A stretch of 64,000 bases of DNA, from the IMG/VR virus record IMGVR_UViG_2911005044_000001. The stretch is one strand, 5' to 3'. Below are positions 38,617-49,065 of this stretch, one piece after another. A model generated the notes under the pieces. It saw only the letters and a list, made by a program, of their open reading frames with translations. It was not told the origin of the DNA and did no database searches. The position numbers and the translations under genes are program-made. The DNA comes from an uncultured virus (IMG/VR IMGVR_UViG_2911005044_000001) (lineage: Duplodnaviria > Heunggongvirae > Uroviricota > Caudoviricetes). How positions within the stretch are numbered: the stretch's first letter is position 1; every line of letters begins with the position of its first letter.

Positions 38617-38811
38617 ATGAGTAATAAGGTAAAGTCAGGTCAAGAAATTCTCGATGATTTCTTCGCCACCATTGAATCTATTGAAGGTGTTGATCCTAAT
38701 ATTTCAAAACTAATATCAGATCTTTATAGTGAGGGAACACTCACTGAGGCTAGGATAAAGAATGAACTAGAGCAATTACGAATTCAAGAAAGGAATAAAG
38801 ATGAAGCTTAA
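38617..38811 (+). CDS. Small acidic helical protein coupled to the ABC ATPase
   Basis: 64 aa, overlaps next start. Confidence 0.55.
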   Translation: MSNKVKSGQEILDDFFATIESIEGVDPNISKLISDLYSEGTLTEARIKNELEQLRIQERNKDEA

Positions 38812-41227
38812 ACAAATCGACATAAAAGGGATTCGAGGTGTCAAGGATTCTATTTCTCTTGAATTAAATGGTAAATCCATTGTACTGTACGGAGACAATG
38901 GTATGGGAAAAAGTAGCATATCTGATGCTATTGAATGGTTCTATACTAATAGAGTTGACCACCTTAAAGGAACTGAGATTGATTTAAAAGATGCCCTAAG
39001 AAACATTACAGTTGATGATGATTTTGTGTCTGAAGTAGGACTTATTTTTAAAGGTAAATCTGATTATAATACTGCAAAAACCTTATTCAACAAGAGAGGT
39101 TCGCTAGACCAAGATTTTACTGTAAAAACAGATCCTATAAGAGACTACCTCGTTCAATCTAAGGAAGAGAATTTGTTATTGAGGTATAAAAGCCTTAACA
39201 AATTTGTCGATGACACTAAAGGTGATAAATTAAAATATCTTTCAGATATCATAGGTTTTTCTGAAGTAACCAAAAAAAAGGAGGTTTTGAGAAAAGCTTT
39301 CACATCAGTTAAAACAGAAATCAAAAAGCAGAATTTTGAAGGTTTAATAGGTTCAGAGAAAAAAACGCTTATTGATAAAATAGAAGCAGTTGTAAGTAAG
39401 GAAGAAGACTTATTTAAAGTTGTAAAAGCAAAAATTGCTTCCCTGAAACTGAAGTTGGAAGTCAACAGTATGGACGACTTAGATGCGTTACTAAAGCATC
39501 TAAAAACTGCGACAAACGAGAAGCTAGTAAAAGAAAATGTTTTTTTAGAAAAAGTCCAGACTTCAATTTCTGGGTTGCAAGCAGAAGTTATCAGTATAAA
39601 CAACGAGTACGATACGTATTATTCAGAATTTCAAAAGATTGCAGCAGATGTAGAAGGCATAATGAAAATATACGTTGCAGAGCTTTTAAAGTCTGGAACT
39701 ACGATATTAAATAAGTTTCATAAAAAAGATTCTTGCCCTTTATGCCTTGAGGAAAAAGATCGGAATGATTTATTGAAGGAGATAGCAGAACGACTTGAGG
39801 AGGCAAAAGAAGCCGAGAAAAAACTAAAAGTATTCAAGGACGCTCAAGAACTTGTTCAAACTGTATCTACAGAAAGAATTAGAAGACTAGATAATCTCTT
39901 GTCTGAACCACTTTTTAAAACGCTCGAAAATGAAAAGCTTAAAAAGAATATAGATGCGATTTCTAGTAAGATAAAGCTTTTGCAAGCAGCTAGCAAAGTA
40001 AGAGCATCTTCTGGAGACAAAATCGCAGATTCTAAAAATATCGCGTTTGGAGTGTCTGATTTTTTGTTCTTAGATGACCTCGCTACTAGAATTAAAAAGC
40101 TAAAAGAAACCATCAAGAAGGATAACGTAACAGAAATTTATTCCAATATATCTGCCGCAAAGGACGCCTTCCAAAAGATAAAATTATACGAGAAGGAAAG
40201 AGCTATATTAGACAATCAAAGTGCATCGTTATCTATCGTGTACAATGAGTTTGTAAAGGTTCAAAAGGAAGGTTTAGAAAATTTTATAGACACATTTTCT
40301 GCTAAAATTAATGAGTACTATCAATATATGAATCCTGACGAGCCTTTTCAGGAAATTAAGATAGTAACGATGGGAGAAGAAGACGAATTGAATGGAATCA
40401 CCATTGAGTATAAATACAACGGAAATTGGGTTTCGCCTCCTCAAAAATACTTTAGTGAATCACATCTTAATTGTTTTGGAATATCATTCTTTTTAGCTTC
40501 AGTTGATGCTTTTAATGATATTAACGAATTCATTGTTTTAGATGATGTAATCTCCAGTTTTGATTCCAACCACAGAAAACGATTTGCCGAGCTACTATTT
40601 GAAAAATTTTCTGATAGGCAAATCATATTATTGACGCACGAAGAGGAATGGTTTAGAAACTTTGTAAAACCACTTGCAAAAAGAAAAAACTGGTTGGTCA
40701 ACGAAATAAAATGGACTGAAGATAAAGGGACTCACTTTGAAGAGTCGAAAGGGGATTTGAAAGCTAGAATCGAAGCCAAGTTGGCAGCATCTGATATAGA
40801 TAGTCTTGGAAACCCAATAAGACAATACTTGGAATCTTCATTAAAAGAAATATGTATAAATCTTGATGTTAAGGTTAGTTATAGACCCAATGAGGTAAAT
40901 GAAAAAAGAATGCCCGACGAATTAATTAATGAACTCAAGTCTAGGGCAAAGGCAAAAAAAAGTGCTGGTTTAATAGATCAATTTCCAATTATTGAGAGAG
41001 TTGCTAGCTCATCCATTTTAGGGAATTTGCTTTCTCACGATAACCCATTCAATCCCAAGTTAGGAGATTTAAAAGCGTTTTGGTCTGATGTACAAGAAAT
41101 GGAAAGATTATTTTATTGTCAAGAAGAAGATTGTACCAAACGGGCAGTTTCTTTTAGGAATCTAGATACAGTAACTAAGGAAATTAGATGTGGAGGATGC
41201 GGTAGGACTAAATATGATTGGAAATAA
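38801..41227 (+). CDS. Rad50/SMC-like ABC ATPase with zinc hook and probable C-terminal HEPN (RloC-like)
   Basis: GDNGMGKS, coiled coil with CPLC, FSESH signature, LDDVISSFD, LTHE, N.IRQYLE...GNLLSH, terminal Cys knuckle. Confidence 0.65.
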   Translation: MKLKQIDIKGIRGVKDSISLELNGKSIVLYGDNGMGKSSISDAIEWFYTNRVDHLKGTEIDLKDALRNITVDDDFVSEVGLIFKGKSDYNTAKTLFNKRGSLDQDFTVKTDPIRDYLVQSKEENLLLRYKSLNKFVDDTKGDKLKYLSDIIGFSEVTKKKEVLRKAFTSVKTEIKKQNFEGLIGSEKKTLIDKIEAVVSKEEDLFKVVKAKIASLKLKLEVNSMDDLDALLKHLKTATNEKLVKENVFLEKVQTSISGLQAEVISINNEYDTYYSEFQKIAADVEGIMKIYVAELLKSGTTILNKFHKKDSCPLCLEEKDRNDLLKEIAERLEEAKEAEKKLKVFKDAQELVQTVSTERIRRLDNLLSEPLFKTLENEKLKKNIDAISSKIKLLQAASKVRASSGDKIADSKNIAFGVSDFLFLDDLATRIKKLKETIKKDNVTEIYSNISAAKDAFQKIKLYEKERAILDNQSASLSIVYNEFVKVQKEGLENFIDTFSAKINEYYQYMNPDEPFQEIKIVTMGEEDELNGITIEYKYNGNWVSPPQKYFSESHLNCFGISFFLASVDAFNDINEFIVLDDVISSFDSNHRKRFAELLFEKFSDRQIILLTHEEEWFRNFVKPLAKRKNWLVNEIKWTEDKGTHFEESKGDLKARIEAKLAASDIDSLGNPIRQYLESSLKEICINLDVKVSYRPNEVNEKRMPDELINELKSRAKAKKSAGLIDQFPIIERVASSSILGNLLSHDNPFNPKLGDLKAFWSDVQEMERLFYCQEEDCTKRAVSFRNLDTVTKEIRCGGCGRTKYDWK

Positions 41228-41230
41228 TTT

Positions 41231-44200
41231 ATGAAATTAATAGATAACGTAAACTATCGTCTAGGGGAAGACTTGAAGCAAGAAATAAGAAAGGGAAGTA
41301 AATTAAGTATTGCTGCAAGCTCCTTTTCCATCTATGCTTATGAAGCTCTAAAAAAAGAATTAGGTCGTATTGATGAAATGCGTTTCATTTTTAGCACTCC
41401 TACTTTTATAGAAGAAAAATTCAAGAAACACGCTCGTCAGTTCTATATTCCTCATATTTTTCAAGAGGCAGATTTATGTGGTGGAGATTTTGAGCTTCGA
41501 TTAAAAAGTGAACTGAATCAGAGAGCTATTGCACGAGAATGTTCTAAGTGGGTAAAAGATAAAGTGACATTCAAATCTAACATAGATAGCGGTAACGCTA
41601 TTAATGGAATGATACATTTAGATAATGGAGCTTCAGATGGCGCAGCATACTCTGGGCTAAGCAGCTTTACTTCGTCCGACTTAGGAATTACACATAAAAA
41701 AGGATTTCCTACCCTTATTCAAAAATCTGAATTCCCTCAAAGTAGTGCATATCTGGAATACTTTAATCAGATATGGGAAAACGAAGAGGACTTAAAAGAT
41801 GTAACCTCTCAGGTACAAGAATATTTTGAAAACGCTTTTAAAGAAAATAGTCCAGAGTTCATCTACTTCATAACACTCTATAATATTTTCAATGATTTCC
41901 TTGATGATATTTCAATGGACAACCTACCTAATGACCAGATTGGATTTAAGCATTCTGTCATTTGGAGTAAACTGTATAATTTTCAGAAAGATGCAGTCAT
42001 TGGAGCAATTAATAAACTTGAAAAATACAAAGGATGTATTCTCGCAGATAGTGTAGGATTAGGTAAAACCTTTTCAGCACTTGGCGTTATCAAGTATTAT
42101 GAAATGCGAAATAAGGATGTACTGGTTCTATGTCCTAAGAAACTAGAAGCCAACTGGAATACTTTTAGACATAACGATAAAAACAATATTCTATCAGCAG
42201 ACCGTTTTGGATATGATGTACTCTTTCATACTGACTTGTCGCGCGATCGAGGAATGAGTAATGGACGTAATCTAGAAAGTGTTAATTGGGGTAATTATGG
42301 GCTTATTGTTATAGATGAGTCACATAATTTTAGAAATAACAATACTGTAGTTGGAAAAGAGAACAGATATCAAAAACTATTACGAAAAGTAATTCAAGAA
42401 GGCATTGAGACCAAAGTAATGATGCTTTCTGCAACGCCAGTGAATAATAGATTTAACGATTTAAGAAACCAGCTAGCGCTGGCTTATGAAGGAGAGGCTT
42501 CCCAAATTGATGATAAGCTGAATACAGACAAAGGAATTGATATTATTTTCAGAAGAGCACAACAAGCTTTCAATGTATGGTCTAAATACAGTACAGAAGA
42601 AAGAACAACTGAGAAGCTATTAGGTATGCTGGATTTTGATTTCTTTGAAATTCTAGATTCATTAACAATAGCAAGATCTCGTAAGCATATAACAACATAT
42701 TATGACACTACTGATATTGGAGAGTTCCCGAAGAGAGATAAGCCAATATCTATTCAAAGTCCACTTACGGATGACGGATCTGTCACATACACTGAAATTG
42801 CCGAAAAGCTCACACTTTTAAACCTGTCTATCTATTCGCCTTTAAACTACATACTGCCAAGCAAGCTTCAATTTTATGCTGACCTTTATGATAAGACAGT
42901 AAAAGGCGGACGACTCACACAAATGGATCGCGAAAAGAGTTTGCAAATTTTAATGCGCATCAATTTATTGAAGCGTTTAGAAAGCTCTGTTGATTCTTTT
43001 AGAATTACTCTGGATGGTGTTATAAAGCAAATTAAAAAAGCACTCAAGGCTATAGAAAACGGAAAAGATGAGGCATATTCTGGTATTCAGGCTAAAATTG
43101 AAAATGAGGAGTTTGATTGGGAAGCAAACTGGGGAGATGAAGAAAGTGTTATCGGTAAAAAGATTAAAGTTCACGTTGCAGATATTGACACAGCAAGATG
43201 GAGTGAAGATTTAAGTGAGGATTTATTTATTCTGGAAAGTCTGCACACTTCGGTTTCTGAGTTAAAGGGCAAAAAAGATTTAAAACTTCAATCGCTTAGA
43301 AAAAGGATAGAAGAAAAAATAGAGAACCCTAAAAATGAAAATAATAAAAAGGTAATTATTTTTACTGCCTTCGCAGATACCGCAAACTATCTCTACACGC
43401 ATTTAGGAAAACATCTCAAAAAATCTTTTGGTTTAAACACGGCTCTTATAACTGGTTCTAAACGCATGTCAACTACTAAAGATATACCTAACCAGTTGAA
43501 CACGATGTTAAGTTGCTTTTCTCCTATTTCTAAAGACAAAGAACAACTATATCCGTCTATAAAAGATTCTATAGATATCTTAATTGCTACAGATTGTATT
43601 TCCGAAGGTCAGAACTTACAGGATTGTGATTACTTAGTAAATTATGACATCCATTGGAATCCTGTTAGAATTATACAGCGATTTGGTAGAATCGACAGGA
43701 TAGGTTCAAAAAATGATAGTATTACAATGGTTAATTTCTGGCCAGACGTAACGCTAGATTCCTATATCAATTTAAAACAGCGTGTAGAAAACAAGATGCT
43801 CATCAGTAATATGGCGAGCACAGGAGATGACAACATATTAAACGTAGATGAAAAGGATTTAGAGTATAGAAAAATTCAGCTCGAAAAACTTAAAGAAGAA
43901 GTTATAGATCTTGAAGATTTGAGAGAAGGCGTAAGTATCACAGATTTAGGTCTAAATGACTTTAGAGTTGATTTGTCAAATCTAATCAAGCGATATGGTC
44001 AGTTGAAAAATGTTCCAGAAGGTTTACACGCAGTTGTTGAGTCTAGTCAAAATTTGGAGCCTGGTGTAATTTTCGTTCTTAAGAACATTAATACAAGTGT
44101 TAATATTGATAAGCTCAACAGGCTGCATCCTTTTTATCTTGTTTATATGACCGAAAACAACGAGGTTTTATTAGGCCATATTGAGTCAAAAAAGATATTA

Positions 44201-44458
44201 GATGCAATGCGTATGCTTTCCAAAGGTAAAGAAGAACCTCTTTTAGACTTATGTAAAAAACTATCACTGGAGACCAATGATTATTCTAAAATGGATGATT
44301 ATTCTCTGCTTTTAAAAGATAGCATTGCAAGCATATTAAAAACCGAAAAAGAAAAAGATGTACAAAGTTTATTTAGGTCAGGCGGAACAACTGCTCTAAA
44401 GGATAAAATCAAAGGAATTGAAGATTTTAGTTTAGTTTCATTTTTAATTATCAAATAG
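41231..44458 (+). CDS. SNF2-family helicase with N-terminal PLD-like domain (Type III R-M associated)
   Basis: LADSVGLGKT, IDESHNFRN, LSATP, TDCISEGQNLQD, QRFGRIDRIG. Confidence 0.85.
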   Translation: MKLIDNVNYRLGEDLKQEIRKGSKLSIAASSFSIYAYEALKKELGRIDEMRFIFSTPTFIEEKFKKHARQFYIPHIFQEADLCGGDFELRLKSELNQRAIARECSKWVKDKVTFKSNIDSGNAINGMIHLDNGASDGAAYSGLSSFTSSDLGITHKKGFPTLIQKSEFPQSSAYLEYFNQIWENEEDLKDVTSQVQEYFENAFKENSPEFIYFITLYNIFNDFLDDISMDNLPNDQIGFKHSVIWSKLYNFQKDAVIGAINKLEKYKGCILADSVGLGKTFSALGVIKYYEMRNKDVLVLCPKKLEANWNTFRHNDKNNILSADRFGYDVLFHTDLSRDRGMSNGRNLESVNWGNYGLIVIDESHNFRNNNTVVGKENRYQKLLRKVIQEGIETKVMMLSATPVNNRFNDLRNQLALAYEGEASQIDDKLNTDKGIDIIFRRAQQAFNVWSKYSTEERTTEKLLGMLDFDFFEILDSLTIARSRKHITTYYDTTDIGEFPKRDKPISIQSPLTDDGSVTYTEIAEKLTLLNLSIYSPLNYILPSKLQFYADLYDKTVKGGRLTQMDREKSLQILMRINLLKRLESSVDSFRITLDGVIKQIKKALKAIENGKDEAYSGIQAKIENEEFDWEANWGDEESVIGKKIKVHVADIDTARWSEDLSEDLFILESLHTSVSELKGKKDLKLQSLRKRIEEKIENPKNENNKKVIIFTAFADTANYLYTHLGKHLKKSFGLNTALITGSKRMSTTKDIPNQLNTMLSCFSPISKDKEQLYPSIKDSIDILIATDCISEGQNLQDCDYLVNYDIHWNPVRIIQRFGRIDRIGSKNDSITMVNFWPDVTLDSYINLKQRVENKMLISNMASTGDDNILNVDEKDLEYRKIQLEKLKEEVIDLEDLREGVSITDLGLNDFRVDLSNLIKRYGQLKNVPEGLHAVVESSQNLEPGVIFVLKNINTSVNIDKLNRLHPFYLVYMTENNEVLLGHIESKKILDAMRMLSKGKEEPLLDLCKKLSLETNDYSKMDDYSLLLKDSIASILKTEKEKDVQSLFRSGGTTALKDKIKGIEDFSLVSFLIIK

Positions 44459-45112
44459 TTGGAAATATATAAATTACCTCAGTCTACTCTAGTAAACAGG
44501 AATATTCCTAAAAATTCTTTTGATGAATATGCAAATTCAAGGCAGAAGAAAGACTTTACTAACTATGTTTCCAAGATCACTTGGAAACACAAAATTTCTC
44601 AAGAAACAGTAAATCTATCTGGAGATGATATTAAAGAAATTCAGTTGTTTGAAATTATTTTAAAAGAAAAACAACCCATTAATAACTTGTTAGATTTGAT
44701 AGATAAGTCTATTCCTTATCACATAATTTTTATTCTCAATTTTGAAGAAGAAGTTCTAATTCGTTCAGCAAAAAAACATCCACATCCTATCAACCCAGAT
44801 AATTCAGTAATAGATTGGGTTTTCTATTCACACTGGATAAATAAAGAAAAGTGTATATTTTCTCTTCAATTAAAAGGGTGTATTGACGCTACGTATCAAG
44901 ACTTTTGTTCCTTAATTAGCGGTAATGAAAAAAGATTTGCTTCTATTACTGAAATGATTGAATATCAAAGCAAGATAAAAGAATTAACCACTTCAATAGA
45001 AAAACTAGAATCACAAATAAAAAAGAGTAAGCAATTCAATAAAAAAATAGAGATGAATATGGAATTGAATGATTACAAGAATCAATTAAACAAATTAATC
45101 TCGTCAACCTGA
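44459..45112 (+). CDS. DUF4391-family protein
   Basis: LPQST.V...IPK, EIQLFEI, IDKSIPY, KQFNKKIEMN; usual neighbour of this helicase. Confidence 0.75.
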   Translation: MEIYKLPQSTLVNRNIPKNSFDEYANSRQKKDFTNYVSKITWKHKISQETVNLSGDDIKEIQLFEIILKEKQPINNLLDLIDKSIPYHIIFILNFEEEVLIRSAKKHPHPINPDNSVIDWVFYSHWINKEKCIFSLQLKGCIDATYQDFCSLISGNEKRFASITEMIEYQSKIKELTTSIEKLESQIKKSKQFNKKIEMNMELNDYKNQLNKLISST

Positions 45113-45276
45113 GTTGTTATTATAACGAATCTTCTAATTCGATGAAGTTTCAAGAAAAAATAAAAATTTTAATATTCAAAACAACAAGATATCGCTACCC
45201 TGCGTGTTTATGTAAATTTCCTAAAAATGCTCAAATGATGGATATATGTGAGCGGTGTAAAAAAATAATCTAGCCT

Positions 45277-45849
45277 ATGAATGAGAATTTAATCGATGCA
45301 GTTGTAGATCAATTATTAGATTTTAACACTTCAAAGCCGTTATCTCACTACGTTATTTTTAACGGGAATAAAATAAGATACTCTAATATTCCAGAAAATG
45401 AATTGGGTCTTTATGCATTTTGGTTAACGAATAATGATGGTATTGTAGAAACACTTAATCGTTCTTTAGAAATAAAAGGACCAGGCAACAAATCTTACAA
45501 ATTTACTTGGGATTGGAATGTGAATGAAAAACACATATTACTTTATATTGGTAAAACGACTACGTTTAGGAGCAGATTATCGCAACATCTAAAACTAAAG
45601 ACTTTTACTTGGGTAGTTCCAGAAGACAAAACAAGTCCTTATAAACGGACAACTTCCTGTCAATTAAGAAGCGGCATTGAGCATTTACTTAGTGGCAATA
45701 TCCAACCTAGTATCCTTGGATTGGATTTTATACGAAAGCGAATTCAAGTTACATATATACCACTAGAGGGATTGGGAAATCGGTTCTTCGCAGAGGATCT
45801 TGCCATAGGAAAAGGCAAACCGTGGTTCAATGTGGACTCAGAACGTTAG
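45277..45849 (+). CDS. GIY-YIG nuclease-like protein
   Basis: GLYAFW..LLYIGKT..FRSRLSQH..E..PWFN. Confidence 0.65.
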   Translation: MNENLIDAVVDQLLDFNTSKPLSHYVIFNGNKIRYSNIPENELGLYAFWLTNNDGIVETLNRSLEIKGPGNKSYKFTWDWNVNEKHILLYIGKTTTFRSRLSQHLKLKTFTWVVPEDKTSPYKRTTSCQLRSGIEHLLSGNIQPSILGLDFIRKRIQVTYIPLEGLGNRFFAEDLAIGKGKPWFNVDSER

Positions 45850-45856
45850 AGATAAA

Positions 45857-45909
45857 TGTTCAATAAAAACCTCTGTTCATTGTCACTGAACAGAGGTTTT
45901 TATTGAACA
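45857..45909. terminator. Perfect 23-bp inverted repeat; bidirectional intrinsic terminator between convergent genes
   Basis: TGTTCAATAAAAACCTCTGTTCA-ttgtcac-TGAACAGAGGTTTTTATTGAACA. Confidence 0.8.
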
Positions 45910-45919
45910 CACCATTACC

Positions 45920-46396
45920 TTATATCCGCTCCACCTCATACCGATACCTAAAAACACTAGTCCTTACCACACGATATTTTCCAATTACAGTATTCCAACC
46001 CAACTGAGTTTTTACACCCAAATCTCGAAATGTCGAACCAGCAATATTTCGGACACGTCCCATTCTTACTAACTCCTCTAAAATAGCCTCGTCGTTAGCA
46101 GGTTTTGCAGCTTCCTTTTTAAGTGCTATTTTTTCAAGTTCTGGTTGTTCTTCTAGTGCATCTTCAATTTCATTGAACTCTAGTTTATCGGCATATTCTT
46201 CATCTATGTCTTCAAGGATTTCTAAATCCAGTTCCTCAAGCTGTTCGTATAAACTCCCTTTTTCACAATCTGAAACCGTTCCAAGCAGTTTATACATTCT
46301 ATCAAAAATTTCTATTTTTTCTTGAATGGGTTGTAATAGCAATTTCTTATCCAACTTGTTATTCTTCAGGAAAACCTGATGTTCTATTTTCTTCAT
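45920..46396 (-). CDS. Hypothetical protein
   Basis: 158-aa ORF ending the minus-strand operon. Confidence 0.6.
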   Translation of the reverse strand: MKKIEHQVFLKNNKLDKKLLLQPIQEKIEIFDRMYKLLGTVSDCEKGSLYEQLEELDLEILEDIDEEYADKLEFNEIEDALEEQPELEKIALKKEAAKPANDEAILEELVRMGRVRNIAGSTFRDLGVKTQLGWNTVIGKYRVVRTSVFRYRYEVERI

Positions 46397-46400
46397 AATC

Positions 46401-46646
46401 TTATGTTATTATTGGGATGAGTTCCTGTTTATCTGCAATAGCATTTTCTAAAACATTAGATAGCGCTGCTGTCGCCAGAGAGGTCACGATGATGATACCG
46501 GTTGTCTTTAAAAGTTCAGCACCTTTTGGTATTTGTAGTTTGAACTCCTTCGATGGGTCATTCTTACCTAAATTGTAATAGATAAGCGCTTCGGCAAAAC
46601 CTATTGCGAGTCCAGCGCCTGTAATGATTAATACTTTTTTATTCAT
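46401..46646 (-). CDS. Small two-TM membrane protein
   Basis: Two hydrophobic segments. Confidence 0.6.
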   Translation of the reverse strand: MNKKVLIITGAGLAIGFAEALIYYNLGKNDPSKEFKLQIPKGAELLKTTGIIIVTSLATAALSNVLENAIADKQELIPIIT

Positions 46647-46648
46647 AG

Positions 46649-47269
46649 TTATTTGGTGGCTTTTTCTTCCATTTTATCATACTTGGCTTTAATGTCTTTT
46701 TCGCCAGCTTCGGCACGTACAAAGTTGATTCCGTAGGTATTCATTATCCCTCTGTGCGCTCGCAGCAGAATCTTCTCGGCTTCTTTCTGCATCTTCACAT
46801 TATCCTTATGCGCTGGCGGAATCAAATTAGCAATCGCAATAAAATGATTCTTGATTTTGGTGTGGCGCATCGGCTTAGGCTTCTTAGACTCATTCTTGCG
46901 CTTTTCTTCGTTGAAACGTTTGATTTTTAACCGACACGCCTTGATGTCTTTACTCAAACTATCCAGTTCTTTCTTAACGGTTTTAGTAGGTGCTTTGTTT
47001 TTTTTTGGAGCATCCTTTTTAGACTCAGCAGATTCCTTTTTAGACGTCTCTTTAGATTCCTTCTTTTCCGCTTTCTCAGCTTTTATAGCATTAGGAGCAA
47101 GACGTTCCACTAACAGAAAAACCTTTTCAATATTTTCTTTGGCAATCTCTTCAAAAGCCTTTTTATCATTGGTTTCTTTGTAGTCATCCATTATGTCCTG
47201 AACAGCAGTTTGTAATGCTTCAGGTTGCACGTTGCTCATATCGAGCGCTTGTAATTGTTGTATGGTCAT
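46649..47269 (-). CDS. Lys/Glu-rich hypothetical protein
   Basis: 206-aa ORF in operon. Confidence 0.6.
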   Translation of the reverse strand: MTIQQLQALDMSNVQPEALQTAVQDIMDDYKETNDKKAFEEIAKENIEKVFLLVERLAPNAIKAEKAEKKESKETSKKESAESKKDAPKKNKAPTKTVKKELDSLSKDIKACRLKIKRFNEEKRKNESKKPKPMRHTKIKNHFIAIANLIPPAHKDNVKMQKEAEKILLRAHRGIMNTYGINFVRAEAGEKDIKAKYDKMEEKATK

Positions 47270-47278
47270 CGTTTATTT

Positions 47279-47593
47279 TTAAGCTGCGATTAATAATTCT
47301 AGTTCCAGTAATTCTAACGCTCTGGCACGTTCTTTTTCTTGAAGGCGTATGATTTCTTTAGCATCGCTACGTTTATCTTTCTGTTGCATTTTAGGATGCA
47401 GCATCTCATATAAAAGCACATCTGCTTCTTGGGCTTTTACGTCAGACTTGCTAAAATCTTCAGAAGTTGATTTAATTACTTCCCAAGCCTTTACAGGATC
47501 AAGTTTACTACCAGTGAGATCTACAATTTCATCTTGGTTTTTAATCTTCAACGCCTTGAGCGCATCCTTGGTTATATTCTTTGTTTTATACAT
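47279..47593 (-). CDS. Hypothetical protein with C-terminal RARALELLELELL tail
   Basis: 104-aa ORF in operon. Confidence 0.6.
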   Translation of the reverse strand: MYKTKNITKDALKALKIKNQDEIVDLTGSKLDPVKAWEVIKSTSEDFSKSDVKAQEADVLLYEMLHPKMQQKDKRSDAKEIIRLQEKERARALELLELELLIAA

Positions 47594-47596
47594 TTT

Positions 47597-47923
47597 CTAT
47601 AATTTATGATCTATGGCATATTGTTGATGGTACAGCGGTTCCAGCGACCAGATAAAGTCATTAGCTTCTTCCTGGTCTGCATAGTGAATAGAACACAACT
47701 GCGACGTTCCATCGGTTTTAAAACACTCGTATCGATAGCATTGCACAGGATTATCTTCATTTGAAATATCAATGGTCGTCCATCGCAGGATGAGTGTGTT
47801 TTTACGCTTTCGCGAAAGCATAATCTGAAAATCTGTACATCGTTCTTTACAAGCTTTATTGATCTCAATCGCTCTGTCCATTATCTTGTGAATGACGCTT
47901 TGCTTTAAGGTTTTCTTATCCAT
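47597..47923 (-). CDS. Hypothetical protein
   Basis: 108-aa ORF overlapping the vWA-like gene. Confidence 0.6.
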   Translation of the reverse strand: MDKKTLKQSVIHKIMDRAIEINKACKERCTDFQIMLSRKRKNTLILRWTTIDISNEDNPVQCYRYECFKTDGTSQLCSIHYADQEEANDFIWSLEPLYHQQYAIDHKL

Positions 47924-48929
47924 TTGGCTGCAACTGATTTTTATAATTGGTAATGATTTGTGAGACCTCTTTTACTGCCGAATCCATCGAATAACTTTGT
48001 TCAAAAACGAAGCCTTTAGGGTTTATCGCTTTCGCGAAAGCGGCACCCATACTAGCCGAAATAGTTCCCAAACCAGAAGGAATCGTGAGACCGAAATAGT
48101 TACTCATCGTCACCAAAGATTTAAAACCACGAAACCTGAAATAACGTGGATCACTACTCATCAATAGCAATTGGTTTTTATCCAGTTTATCCTGAAAGCG
48201 TTTTACGCGCACACAACCCATCGTGACCTGGTTATTGAAAGAAGTGCCCAACATCACATTCACTTCAACCGAAATGCCACGCAGTTCCATAAACTCTACA
48301 AGCTCTGCACAGGCGAGACCTACATAAAGCAAATCGTTACCCTTTACGTGGGCATTTGCACCAGCCATAATGTACAATTGAAGCGATGGATACGACATTT
48401 GCTTGTCCTTGAAATAGGCAAATACACTCTTCACCGAAGTGAGCACTTTCTTGTTTCCTAACTCAATATTCATCTGACTTACAGAGGTGTTGAGTGGCGA
48501 AGTCGTATTAATAGGAAACTGTTGATACATTCCCATCGCAGCACGCTCGAAAGAGAACACGCCAAGACCACGATCATTGTAAGCCATCTTTGGTTTTGGC
48601 ATTACAGAATCGTTGATATACTGCAAATAATGTATGAGTTTCTCCTTGATTTTTGGCTGAATTTTAGCGACAAGTGACATCCCTAAAAAGGTACGATGTT
48701 CGTTAAGCTCCTTAACTGTTTTAGGTGTTGGTGTGCCGTACCAATCCGTTCCACTTTGTAGCTGACTATCGGTACTTTCTTCAATAAAATTCCAACGCGA
48801 CTGATTTGCAGATGATAGATTTTTAGTCTCATCATCTACAAAAGCATTGAAAGCAAAGACACTATCAAATAATAGATAGTTGTATTTGCCATTAGGACTT
48901 TTAAGGGTATGTTGTTTTGGTGCGCTCAC
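47916..48929 (-). CDS. vWA/CobT-like partner of the MoxR AAA ATPase
   Basis: LVEFMELRGISVEVNV..VRVKRFQDKLD..PRYFR.RGF..GLG pattern typical of phage CobT-like vWA partners. Confidence 0.5.
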   Translation of the reverse strand: MSAPKQHTLKSPNGKYNYLLFDSVFAFNAFVDDETKNLSSANQSRWNFIEESTDSQLQSGTDWYGTPTPKTVKELNEHRTFLGMSLVAKIQPKIKEKLIHYLQYINDSVMPKPKMAYNDRGLGVFSFERAAMGMYQQFPINTTSPLNTSVSQMNIELGNKKVLTSVKSVFAYFKDKQMSYPSLQLYIMAGANAHVKGNDLLYVGLACAELVEFMELRGISVEVNVMLGTSFNNQVTMGCVRVKRFQDKLDKNQLLLMSSDPRYFRFRGFKSLVTMSNYFGLTIPSGLGTISASMGAAFAKAINPKGFVFEQSYSMDSAVKEVSQIITNYKNQLQPNG

Positions 48930-49043
48930 GTATGCTCATAAAAGTAATTTTTGAGGTGGTGTGAGTTACGGTGTGGAATTGTAGTTTGGGACGTGTAATG
49001 TCACAAAAATTTTAATACTTTTTTTTCAGGGAACCTATTCTCG

Positions 49044-49051
49044 TAACTTTA
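49044..49051 (+). promoter_or_regulatory. Possible Bacteroidota -7 promoter box
   Basis: TAACTTTA versus consensus TAnnTTTG, 14 bp before the ATG at 49066. Confidence 0.3.
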
Positions 49052-49065
49052 CTGAAAAAACAATT

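Noticed and set aside
41231..45112. DISARM or BREX system
   Set aside because: No drmA/drmB or pglZ/brxC; SNF2 plus DUF4391 is a usual Type III R-M companion
45857..45909. Element end or att site
   Set aside because: No second copy or nearby recombinase seen; position between convergent genes fits a terminator
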